DNA from: an archaeon GW2011_AR15
GTDB taxonomy: Archaea; Nanobdellota; Nanobdellia; Woesearchaeales; GW2011-AR15
Length of the DNA stretch: 64,000 bases
Assembly: GCA_000830295.1 (NCBI GenBank)
Contig: CP010425.1
Span: 608,001 to 672,000 of the forward strand
Reading direction: 5' to 3'
Part shown: positions 29,913 through 38,078 of the stretch, piece by piece
Layout of the letters: every line of letters begins with the position of its first letter
Position numbering within the stretch: position 1 is the stretch's first letter
Notes under the pieces: model-generated
Told to the model about the DNA's origin: nothing
Databases searched by the model: none
Seen by the model: only the letters and a program-made list of their open reading frames with translations
Program-made: the position numbers and the translations under genes

Positions 29913-30203
29913 ATGAGAAAGGCACAGTCAATTTCCATAAACACGATTGTTGTTGCAGCAATAGCTCTGATAGTTCTTGTAGTCCTGATTGCCATATTCG
30001 GCGGCAGGATAAGGAATTTCGGAGAGGATAGTCGAAGCTGCCAGAGCCAGGGCGGTGTTGGATGCTTTGAATCATGTGATTCAGATACGCTCGTAGCTGC
30101 AGGAAATCAGCCCGGAATCTATACAAACCTTCCTGGAACAGATTGTGAAGACCAGGGAGAGAATGATAAGTGCTGCGTTCTTGTAGTGCCTACAGGCGGA
30201 TAA
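29913..30203 (+). CDS. small Cys-rich pilin, tandem paralog
   Basis: MRKAQ-SISINTIVVAAIAL identical N-terminus; 6 Cys, ends KCCV. Confidence 0.85.
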   Translation: MRKAQSISINTIVVAAIALIVLVVLIAIFGGRIRNFGEDSRSCQSQGGVGCFESCDSDTLVAAGNQPGIYTNLPGTDCEDQGENDKCCVLVVPTGG

Positions 30204-30271
30204 GATATTTTCTGATTTTTTCTCTGCATTGTAACGAAAAGAATATAAACCTGAGTCCCGATTATAAGCAC

Positions 30272-30388
30272 ATGAACTCAAGAGGTGAAACTGGGGAGGG
30301 CGCCAGGCCAATAATTGTCATTATAGCAGTTGTGATATTGCTGTTGTCCCTGGTAGTGGCAGTCGTGAATATTTTTACACATATCTAA
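30272..30388 (+). CDS. 38-aa minimal pilin-like peptide (probable start ATG 30272)
   Basis: MNSRG-ETGEGARPIIVIIAVVILLLSLVVAVVNIFTHI. Confidence 0.55.
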   Translation: MNSRGETGEGARPIIVIIAVVILLLSLVVAVVNIFTHI

Positions 30389-30389
30389 A

Positions 30390-31271
30390 ATGAACAAGAA
30401 AGCTTTTAATACTATGATGATGAGTCTCATTCTTGGGATAGTACTTCTTGTATTCGCTATTGGTCTTGTGGACAAGATATTTAAGCCTCTTGATGAAGAG
30501 ATAATAAGCAAGAATTGCTGGGAATCCGTGCTCTTCAATGCAGAAAGGAGAGTGCCTGGAATAGAAGCCCAGACAGTTGCTGTGAAATGCCCGACAAAAT
30601 ACATAACAATACACATGCAGGGCTCGAAGCAGGAATATGAGGAGTCACCCTCAACAGAGAATGAGCCGTTCAAGCTCCCTGATATACAGTTCAAGGATGA
30701 AGATAAGAAAGCATGCGAAGATTCTGATGATGAGGACGCATGTATATTCAGGAATGTGAACAAGGTAATGGCCGATGAAATAGTAAGGTGCTGGAATAAT
30801 TTCCACAGGGGGCAGAAAAGGGTTTTCAGCCTCTATAAGCCTGACCAGACCCAGTGCGTTGTCTGCTCAGTCATCCTGTTCGACAGCGAGATGGTGGAAG
30901 AATATGGGGAAATCGGGCCAATAGGATTCCAGCAGCCGGAGGATGAGCATTACAGCCTTGACCTCTACATGAGGAACAACAACAACCTGAAGTATACAGG
31001 AGAAGAGAATTACTACAAATATTCCCTTGACCTCGTTGATGAGTATTTTGACCTGCCTTACTACGATTACAGCACCAACACGGAATATGCTGTTGTCTTT
31101 GCAGCATTAAACAAGGAAAGGATAAGCGGCATGACAGACAATGCATGGGAAATCATAAAAGCCGCATTCACAAATTATGTCCCGCCTGAGGAAGAGGAAG
31201 GGAATTTCATAAATACACTGCACTTTATACCAAACGAGGAGGTCCCGCTGACATGCGACACATGGGGATGA
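30390..31271 (+). CDS. pilin-like protein with Cys-containing acidic domain
   Basis: MNKKA-FNTMMMSLILG; ADEIVRCWNNF, CVVCS. Confidence 0.8.
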   Translation: MNKKAFNTMMMSLILGIVLLVFAIGLVDKIFKPLDEEIISKNCWESVLFNAERRVPGIEAQTVAVKCPTKYITIHMQGSKQEYEESPSTENEPFKLPDIQFKDEDKKACEDSDDEDACIFRNVNKVMADEIVRCWNNFHRGQKRVFSLYKPDQTQCVVCSVILFDSEMVEEYGEIGPIGFQQPEDEHYSLDLYMRNNNNLKYTGEENYYKYSLDLVDEYFDLPYYDYSTNTEYAVVFAALNKERISGMTDNAWEIIKAAFTNYVPPEEEEGNFINTLHFIPNEEVPLTCDTWG

Positions 31272-31405
31272 ACAGAAAGGGATTTGAATTCACAGTGGCG
31301 CTGTGGATAATATTCTTCCTCATAGTCCTTGTAATCCTGCTTTTATTTTCAAAAAGCATATTCGGCTGGATAGGGACGGCAGTTGACAAGATATTCGGGT
31401 TTTAG
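31268..31405 (+). CDS. 45-aa Flp-like minimal pilin, absent from ORF track
   Basis: MNRKG-FEFTVALWIIFFLIVLVILLLFSKSIFGWIGTAVDKIFGF; ATGA overlap with the upstream gene, stop 3 nt before the next ATG. Confidence 0.75.
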   Translation: MNRKGFEFTVALWIIFFLIVLVILLLFSKSIFGWIGTAVDKIFGF

Positions 31406-31408
31406 AAG

Positions 31409-34216
31409 ATGGCAGACATAACATTCGGGCCAATAGTAAAAGGCGTGGTGGGCATAGTCCTGGTTGTGGCATCAATAGCCATAGTAATAAGCCTTTTCAA
31501 TCCTCTGGCAGGCCAGATATTCGGTTTCTTCAAGGATGTGCTCAATTTTGACCCTATCCCTTTTACAGGAGACAGGGAGGAAATAACTACTGCAACTGCA
31601 TCCGTGCATGCTCTTTTGTGGTCTATAAACAAGGTCGCATGGTATGACACATATCAGAACAAGAGGGGTGATGAGGCGCTTTTTGAGAGGATAGCTTCTG
31701 AGAGGAAGGTTTTCATGGGCACGACAGCAGGCCCTATACTTGATTTTGGGGAGGAAATCCCGTTATCATCGGGCAGCGAGGTTGAGCAGCTGGTCATAGG
31801 CACAATAGACTGCTGGAAGATACTTCAGGCAGGAGAGAAAAATTCAGCATGCTTCATTTACGATTTTTCAGGCTCATCAGCAGAAATAACTGTGCAGCAG
31901 TTCCATGACTTCGGCGCCAAGTACCATAAAGACCATAACTGTGATAAGGAATGCCAGGAGATTTCCAAAAATGTGTTCGGTGGAGGTTTGTTCAACTGGG
32001 CTAACTATGATTTTCATGTTACAGGCGGAAAAATATCAAAGCAGAACCCTATAGTTGTCTGTGCGGACCTGGCAGGGTTCCTCGGAAGGGACAAGGTTCA
32101 GATTACAGACTCCGAGACTCTTGCATATGAAAGATGCGAGCCGCCGAGGGGAGGAGGCAAGTATTCAGTAAAAGTTTACAATTTTGAATTGCCGCAGCAG
32201 ATAAGCACCCCTACAAGCACAGGAGGAACAATAGGCAATATTGTAGAATGGGCAGAGAAATGGGTCAACACCTACGGAGACCCGGAATATGTGCTGTATT
32301 ATGAGGTTTTCCCGAAGGGCGAAGAGGCATACTGGGAGCCAAGCGCATATGTTGTTGATGTTGCAACAATACTTACAAGCGAGGCAGTATTCTTCTTTTT
32401 ATTTGACATGCTGATACCCGGGCTGGGCAGTGCAATAAAGAAAGGCGGTGGAGGGATATTAAAAAGCACGCTCTCCAATATAGGCGAGAATTTAGGGAAA
32501 GCAATAAAGCAGATTGATATAGGCGGCATTTGGCACAATACTAAAACCCTGTCCACCACAGTAAGAAATATACTCCGCGGATCGAGCAACGAAGCAGCGG
32601 AACGACTTGCGAGAGAAATAATTGAAAAAAGCAGCCAGGATGTTGTAGAAGAAACAGTAGAGGAGGTATTGGAGGAGTTTGCAGAACAGGGAATTTCCAG
32701 AGAAGTGCGTAGTGCACTGAAAACAGAATTCAGAGAACTATGGCAGGAGAGCGAGGGAAGAGAGGTATCTGCACTATTTAAAGAATCAGGAGAGCTTGAA
32801 GAGAGGGCAATAACCAGACTGAGAGGCTCCCTTGATGAACTGGAAGAACTGGATGACGCAGCGAAAAATGAGATTATGGATACAGTATCAGCAAGGCTTA
32901 CAAAAGACTCATTCGAATCAGCTTCAGCGCGCGCTATCGGCAATCTTAGACTGGCAAACAAAGTCAACAGCGAGCTTCTGGACAGGGCAGCAGTATGGAG
33001 GGATGCATACCTGCCGGGAGGGGACAGGGCCAAGATAATCGGAGAAATACAGGGAATGGCAGATAAGGCCGCATATTTCAAGGATCTTGATTCTCTAACT
33101 GTAAGAAGGATGACCTCGAATATGGATGATATACTTGAGCTGGCGACAACCGGACAGACAAAAGAGTCTTTCGCCAGAGGGATATTGGGAGAAACATATG
33201 ATGAGGTTGCAAAAGGAGGGGATGAGGCAGTAGAAAAAGCCCTTAATGAACAAATCAGCACATGGCTAAAGGAAGCAGACCCTCTCCAGTATACTGCAGG
33301 GAAACTGAATGCCTACCTGAGAACGCAGGCAGGAAAGCCAAGGCATATGGTTTCACTTCTGATTGCGCTGAATGTCCATCTTGAGAACAGCATGGCAGAG
33401 AAATTCAGGCCGGTTGGAACAAATGCAGTAGGGCTGAGGACACCGTTCTTAGCAACAACAATATATGATGACCTGTATACTGAAACATTTGATTATACAA
33501 AAGACAAAAATATGTACGAGCAATTTTTTGAGCATTACTACGGATATGAAGACGACACAAACGAAACCGATGAGACTTATTTGAGATACAGGGGGCTTCT
33601 GCCTGAAGTCGAGAGGTATTTCCTTACACTGCTCACAGATGCAGGAGAAATGAAAAGGTTCCATTTGGCCAGCCCATGCAAAGCAGATATCATAGTTACT
33701 GAGACGACCTGTGAATGCTGGGGCGGGGAAAGAAAAGAGAAGGAGGTAGGCATCCCCATCCTTTCAGGTTTGCTCAGCCATGGCGCCTTATATCAGACAG
33801 GAAAAACGTACTATGTGGACGGCGAGCCGCTTAGGCTGGATCATTTTGATGGAGAAAACCCGATGCTCTATGCAGTGCAGGAAGGACAAATAGTTAAAGA
33901 GTGCACTCCGAGAGGAGTTCAGAATGTATTTGAAGACATTGGGGAGCTCGGCGAATATCTTCCATGGGCTCAGCCTACGTATACCCCAAGCTGCATCCAG
34001 GCAACTGTTGTGATGGATGAGACAGAAGGCTACAATTATTGTTACCACGGAGAACAAGACCTTGGAATGACATTATCCTATCTGGGCCTTAACTTTGCGC
34101 TTCCTATCGCAGGCACATTATTCCTCGGGCCAATAGGGGGAGTTGTAGGGGGAGTAGTGGGAGGACTTGGATACGCATCAATGCAGGTCAACCACCAGTG
34201 GCCAAATCATAACTAA
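31409..34216 (+). CDS. large membrane protein with internal charged helical domain and C-terminal glycine-zipper TM
   Basis: N-terminal TM; internal hydrophobic segment; E/R/A-rich helical block; LFLGPIGGVVGGVVGGLG. Confidence 0.8.
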   Translation: MADITFGPIVKGVVGIVLVVASIAIVISLFNPLAGQIFGFFKDVLNFDPIPFTGDREEITTATASVHALLWSINKVAWYDTYQNKRGDEALFERIASERKVFMGTTAGPILDFGEEIPLSSGSEVEQLVIGTIDCWKILQAGEKNSACFIYDFSGSSAEITVQQFHDFGAKYHKDHNCDKECQEISKNVFGGGLFNWANYDFHVTGGKISKQNPIVVCADLAGFLGRDKVQITDSETLAYERCEPPRGGGKYSVKVYNFELPQQISTPTSTGGTIGNIVEWAEKWVNTYGDPEYVLYYEVFPKGEEAYWEPSAYVVDVATILTSEAVFFFLFDMLIPGLGSAIKKGGGGILKSTLSNIGENLGKAIKQIDIGGIWHNTKTLSTTVRNILRGSSNEAAERLAREIIEKSSQDVVEETVEEVLEEFAEQGISREVRSALKTEFRELWQESEGREVSALFKESGELEERAITRLRGSLDELEELDDAAKNEIMDTVSARLTKDSFESASARAIGNLRLANKVNSELLDRAAVWRDAYLPGGDRAKIIGEIQGMADKAAYFKDLDSLTVRRMTSNMDDILELATTGQTKESFARGILGETYDEVAKGGDEAVEKALNEQISTWLKEADPLQYTAGKLNAYLRTQAGKPRHMVSLLIALNVHLENSMAEKFRPVGTNAVGLRTPFLATTIYDDLYTETFDYTKDKNMYEQFFEHYYGYEDDTNETDETYLRYRGLLPEVERYFLTLLTDAGEMKRFHLASPCKADIIVTETTCECWGGERKEKEVGIPILSGLLSHGALYQTGKTYYVDGEPLRLDHFDGENPMLYAVQEGQIVKECTPRGVQNVFEDIGELGEYLPWAQPTYTPSCIQATVVMDETEGYNYCYHGEQDLGMTLSYLGLNFALPIAGTLFLGPIGGVVGGVVGGLGYASMQVNHQWPNHN

Positions 34217-34217
34217 A

Positions 34218-34892
34218 ATGGAAAACAAAAAAATAATCATTATAACAGGAATTGTTTTATTGATAGTGATAGCAGCGGCCCTGCTGTTAAGAAGCAGCCG
34301 GCAGCCGGCAGAATACGAGTATTATACAGAAGAGCCCGAGACATGGGTTGAAGGCCAGAGATTCACAGAGCCGCCAAATGATGTCAGGATAAATGTCTTT
34401 AAGGCAACAGGGGGGGAATCAACATTCTCCATAAACAAGCAGGATTTTCCAGGAGAGGACAAGGCATTCTTTGTCCAGGGGCTCTACAAAGGAAAATACT
34501 TCGGCACAGTCTACTATGACAATGAAACAAAGGAAAAAATAATCGAGATATCCCAGTCACTTGATCCCGACGATGGAGCAGCCGACATATTCATCCTTGC
34601 AAAAAGCGATGGCCCTGGTTTTGTGTTTTACATTTTTGTCGATGAGGACTGGAGGAATTCAGTCAGCTTTACCAACATAATATACGGCATGGACTTCAAC
34701 AACGACGCAACACTGATAGAGAGGGAATTCAATTTCACTGAACTAAGCACAGGAATATATATGGACAAGCTGGACGACTATAACGGATGGTATGACCAGA
34801 GCCCTGTTACAGGAGGGATAATGGTTGGAGAGATGAATATTGAAGACCTGAAAAAGACAAATGTCACTTCCACACTTGTATTATTGAGGTAA
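34218..34892 (+). CDS. membrane-anchored hypothetical protein (probable start ATG 34218)
   Basis: MENKKIIIITGIVLLIVIAAALLL anchor. Confidence 0.75.
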   Translation: MENKKIIIITGIVLLIVIAAALLLRSSRQPAEYEYYTEEPETWVEGQRFTEPPNDVRINVFKATGGESTFSINKQDFPGEDKAFFVQGLYKGKYFGTVYYDNETKEKIIEISQSLDPDDGAADIFILAKSDGPGFVFYIFVDEDWRNSVSFTNIIYGMDFNNDATLIEREFNFTELSTGIYMDKLDDYNGWYDQSPVTGGIMVGEMNIEDLKKTNVTSTLVLLR

Positions 34893-34894
34893 AA

Positions 34895-35173
34895 ATGAGA
34901 AAAGCAGAGATAACCTTTACAACGCTTGTATATGCAGCGCTTGCTGTGCTTGTCATACTTGTGCTGATTGCAGTATTCTTTGCGCTGACAAACCCGGCAG
35001 TTGGAAGCATCTTCGGCATAATCACTGAGACAGGAGAAAGCAGCCAGGGGGCCAGGGATGATATAGCTATCTCGCTTGGAAGCTGCGAGCCTGGAACCAG
35101 CAGATGCGTTGCAGGAATAGAATATGTCTGCGGCTCAAACAAAAGATGGGGGAAGACAGAAAATGAATGCTAA
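34895..35173 (+). CDS. small pilin-like protein
   Basis: MRKAE-ITFTTLVYAALAVLVIL; 4 Cys. Confidence 0.8.
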   Translation: MRKAEITFTTLVYAALAVLVILVLIAVFFALTNPAVGSIFGIITETGESSQGARDDIAISLGSCEPGTSRCVAGIEYVCGSNKRWGKTENEC

Positions 35174-35633
35174 GGGAGACCTTACAAGTGATAATGGAAT
35201 CCAGGCTATTTTGTTCGTTGTGCTGGCAGTGCTTGTAATGGTTTTTATAGTAAAATTCTATCTTGCCATGAAGCCGGTCCCGGAATGGTCAAGAGCCCTT
35301 GCAGCCACAGAGCAGGCAATAAACAGCCTTGACCCGGATAACACGGAACTGGTAAGAAAAGTCAATATAAAGCTTGTAGGATACCAGATAAAAGGCCTTT
35401 CCCAGGAGTCCTGCCCTGAAAATGAGGAGATGCCGTCCTGCATATGCGCCTGCACTGACCCCGGCTGCAGCAATGCAATGAAAGAAGAAAAAAAATTCTG
35501 CAGGAATGTAAAATACAACACAACCAACTTTGTGCTCAACCCCAGTTCAGATGATATAATCACTTACAGCATTGGGCTCAACGAGACTACAAAAGAGGTT
35601 ATAGAAAGAGTTAGCATTGGCGGAGCATCATGA
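35163..35633 (+). CDS. pilin-like protein (probable start ATG 35163)
   Basis: MNAKG-DLTSDNGIQAILFVVLAV; CICAC motif. Confidence 0.75.
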   Translation: MNAKGDLTSDNGIQAILFVVLAVLVMVFIVKFYLAMKPVPEWSRALAATEQAINSLDPDNTELVRKVNIKLVGYQIKGLSQESCPENEEMPSCICACTDPGCSNAMKEEKKFCRNVKYNTTNFVLNPSSDDIITYSIGLNETTKEVIERVSIGGAS

Positions 35634-35634
35634 A

Positions 35635-36060
35635 ATGTTCTCAAGAAAAGCCCAGACTGAGATTTCAGTATCAACATCAGTTGAGATAATAATTCTTGTA
35701 CTTGTCATCGGGCTGATGCTGGGCATAGCATACAGGGAGACAACATCCACAAGATATTCAATGCTCTTCCTCTCAAAAGACTCTGCGATGTTCATTGACG
35801 CGCTGCATGCATCTCCCAATAAGATAATAGTGAGATACCCCCAGAAGACAGAAGGATTCAATTTCAGGATTGCAGACAGCAAGGTTACGGTCTACGGCAA
35901 TGATACTGCTTCAGTAGGAGGGATTGTTGACCAGATTGTGGGCGAATCCTTCCCGTATACTTCAGAGAAGGACATAGTGTTCCAGCCGCTTCCGGCTGAC
36001 TATACAGGGGAATACGGGCTGATACTTACAAAAACAAATACAAAGCTGATACAGGACTAA
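35635..36060 (+). CDS. pilin-like protein (probable start ATG 35635)
   Basis: MFSRKAQ-TEISVSTSVEIIILVLV. Confidence 0.8.
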   Translation: MFSRKAQTEISVSTSVEIIILVLVIGLMLGIAYRETTSTRYSMLFLSKDSAMFIDALHASPNKIIVRYPQKTEGFNFRIADSKVTVYGNDTASVGGIVDQIVGESFPYTSEKDIVFQPLPADYTGEYGLILTKTNTKLIQD

Positions 36061-36061
36061 A

Positions 36062-36553
36062 ATGAAAAAAAAGGCACAGACATACACAATCCTGAACTGG
36101 GCGCTGTACAGGATGCCGGTTATAATATTTGTAGCAATATTTTTTGCAATAGCACTGAGGTCTTATTACGGCACAGGCCTGGACAGCCATGATGTTGAAA
36201 ATATGGTTATGATAAAGAGGATAATTTATTCTGACAATATCCTCGCATACAGGGATCCTGTGACAGGCAGGACATTCCCGGGAATAGTTGACATCAATAA
36301 ATTCTCGACAGAGCATATCGAGGAGAATCTCCTGAATAACAACAACAGGATTGCAGTGTATATGGAACTCCAGTTTCTCGACACAGGCGAGATTGAAAAA
36401 GCATACATAAATGAAGAAAGGGCAAGGGCATGGGACGACTATGAGTTTGTCGGCGGGTTTGATTCTTCAAGCCTTGTCAGGTATGTAAGGATATATGACA
36501 ACGGCAGGCTCCGCGACGGAAGGCTTGGCATAAAGCTGCTGGTGAGGGAATGA
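36062..36553 (+). CDS. pilin-like protein
   Basis: MKKKAQ-TYTILNWALYRMPVIIFVAIFF. Confidence 0.8.
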   Translation: MKKKAQTYTILNWALYRMPVIIFVAIFFAIALRSYYGTGLDSHDVENMVMIKRIIYSDNILAYRDPVTGRTFPGIVDINKFSTEHIEENLLNNNNRIAVYMELQFLDTGEIEKAYINEERARAWDDYEFVGGFDSSSLVRYVRIYDNGRLRDGRLGIKLLVRE

Positions 36554-37005
36554 ACAAAAAGGCGCAGTGGCAGGACCTTGCAGATTTGTTTTTGGGAGGC
36601 ACACTCATAATAATGGCAGTCCTCGGATTCATAATATGGGTATCCTTCAATGACGGGATCATAGAAGAAAGGGTTGAGAAAAGAGCTGAGGCGCTCAACA
36701 ATGATGATGTTCTTGTCTCATTCCTGAACACAGAGATTGACGACAGGACTCTCTCAGAGTGGATAATAAGAGCCCATATAGATAGAGAGAATAATTCAAC
36801 AGAGTTTGAAGAAGTGTTGGACACTTTCCTTGCAGATGTCTACCAGCACAGGACATGCTGGACACTCTACAGGCAGGATGAAGAATGGATAAAAAAAGAG
36901 CCATGCTCTGAAGAAGCAGACCTTCTGGATTCAGCAATAGACATTCCGCTTCCTGACAAGACGGCACTCAACATAAGGCTTAACATAAAGGGATACGCAG
37001 AATGA
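36550..37005 (+). CDS. pilin-like protein
   Basis: MNKKAQ-WQDLADLFLGGTLII. Confidence 0.8.
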   Translation: MNKKAQWQDLADLFLGGTLIIMAVLGFIIWVSFNDGIIEERVEKRAEALNNDDVLVSFLNTEIDDRTLSEWIIRAHIDRENNSTEFEEVLDTFLADVYQHRTCWTLYRQDEEWIKKEPCSEEADLLDSAIDIPLPDKTALNIRLNIKGYAE

Positions 37006-38078
37006 AAAAGATGATGGCTTCAAAGAGCGGCAAGGTGTTCTTTACAGTGCTCCTCGGCATATTTTTCATAATGGCGCTCCTGCCTCTTGCCATGAATATT
37101 TCCTTCATGAACCAGGGGAAGTTCGGCAAATCCATAGGGGAATCCCAGCTCATACTCCTGAGGACGTATGAGAAAGGCGAAAAGATCCTCTATTATATTG
37201 ACCAGTCAGCAGTCCACTCCCTGAGGCAGTCTTTATACAATGCCTCGCAGGCCGGGTTTTCATCAGGAGACTGCGGAACATATGACGGCCATAATCTATG
37301 GAACTCAGAAACAGAAGAATGCTATCCAAACCTAAAGGAAGCTGTCAAAGAAAGCTTTATGTCTGAATTTAAGGATTATCTCGGAAGCTATGCAGCCTTC
37401 CCGGACATTGAATATGAATTTTATTTTGCTGAAGGGGATGTCATCATAGGAAAGGCAGCCAGCGAGCTTGCTATGGATGTTGCGGACGGGAATGCGACAG
37501 GAATTGAAAGAGTTGAGCACGCTGAGCCGGAAAATGGGACCGCACAGCAAAGCACAGGAGGAGGTTCAGGGGGCGGAGCATGCACAGTAGGAAGCAGGTT
37601 CAGGGCAATCCCATTAAACCCATGGCCTAATTACATAATAAAGGCATTCGGAGTTCCCGCACCATATCAGAGCGGCGGGATCCACACGGGTATTGATATC
37701 AGGAACCCTCTCATGAATGGCCAGGAGCCACCGATATATGCAGTTGACTGCGGCCGCATTGTCTATGTAGGCCCGCTATTCCTCAGCGGACCGAATGTCG
37801 GCAGGGGAAGCAAGGCAATAATAATAGACCACGGCAATAATGTCTATAGCATATACAGCCATAACTCATATGTTGAGCCGAAGATAATGAATGACATGAA
37901 TTCAAAAGGCTACTCAGATGTTACAGCCGGACAGGTCATAGGAAGGCAGGGCAACGAGGGATACAGCTCAGGCTCCCACGTGCATTTTGAAGTCCATACA
38001 GGGGTAAAGTTTTCAGGCAACTGGGTTACGCCCTGGGTTGGAGGAAGATACGAGGATCCATTAGCATGGCTAACATGA
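37002..38078 (+). CDS. membrane/pilin-anchored M23 family peptidase
   Basis: SKSG-KVFFTVLLG N-terminus; Gly linker; HTGID, IYAVDCGRIV, IIIDHG, YSH, GQVIG, GYSSGSHVHFEV, DPLAWL. Confidence 0.9.
   Translation: MKKMMASKSGKVFFTVLLGIFFIMALLPLAMNISFMNQGKFGKSIGESQLILLRTYEKGEKILYYIDQSAVHSLRQSLYNASQAGFSSGDCGTYDGHNLWNSETEECYPNLKEAVKESFMSEFKDYLGSYAAFPDIEYEFYFAEGDVIIGKAASELAMDVADGNATGIERVEHAEPENGTAQQSTGGGSGGGACTVGSRFRAIPLNPWPNYIIKAFGVPAPYQSGGIHTGIDIRNPLMNGQEPPIYAVDCGRIVYVGPLFLSGPNVGRGSKAIIIDHGNNVYSIYSHNSYVEPKIMNDMNSKGYSDVTAGQVIGRQGNEGYSSGSHVHFEVHTGVKFSGNWVTPWVGGRYEDPLAWLT

Noticed and set aside
32299-33261. 320-aa Ser-rich minus-strand ORF
   Set aside because: Antisense shadow of the Glu/Arg-rich block of the 935-aa gene; the same artefact explains most other antisense ORFs in the track.
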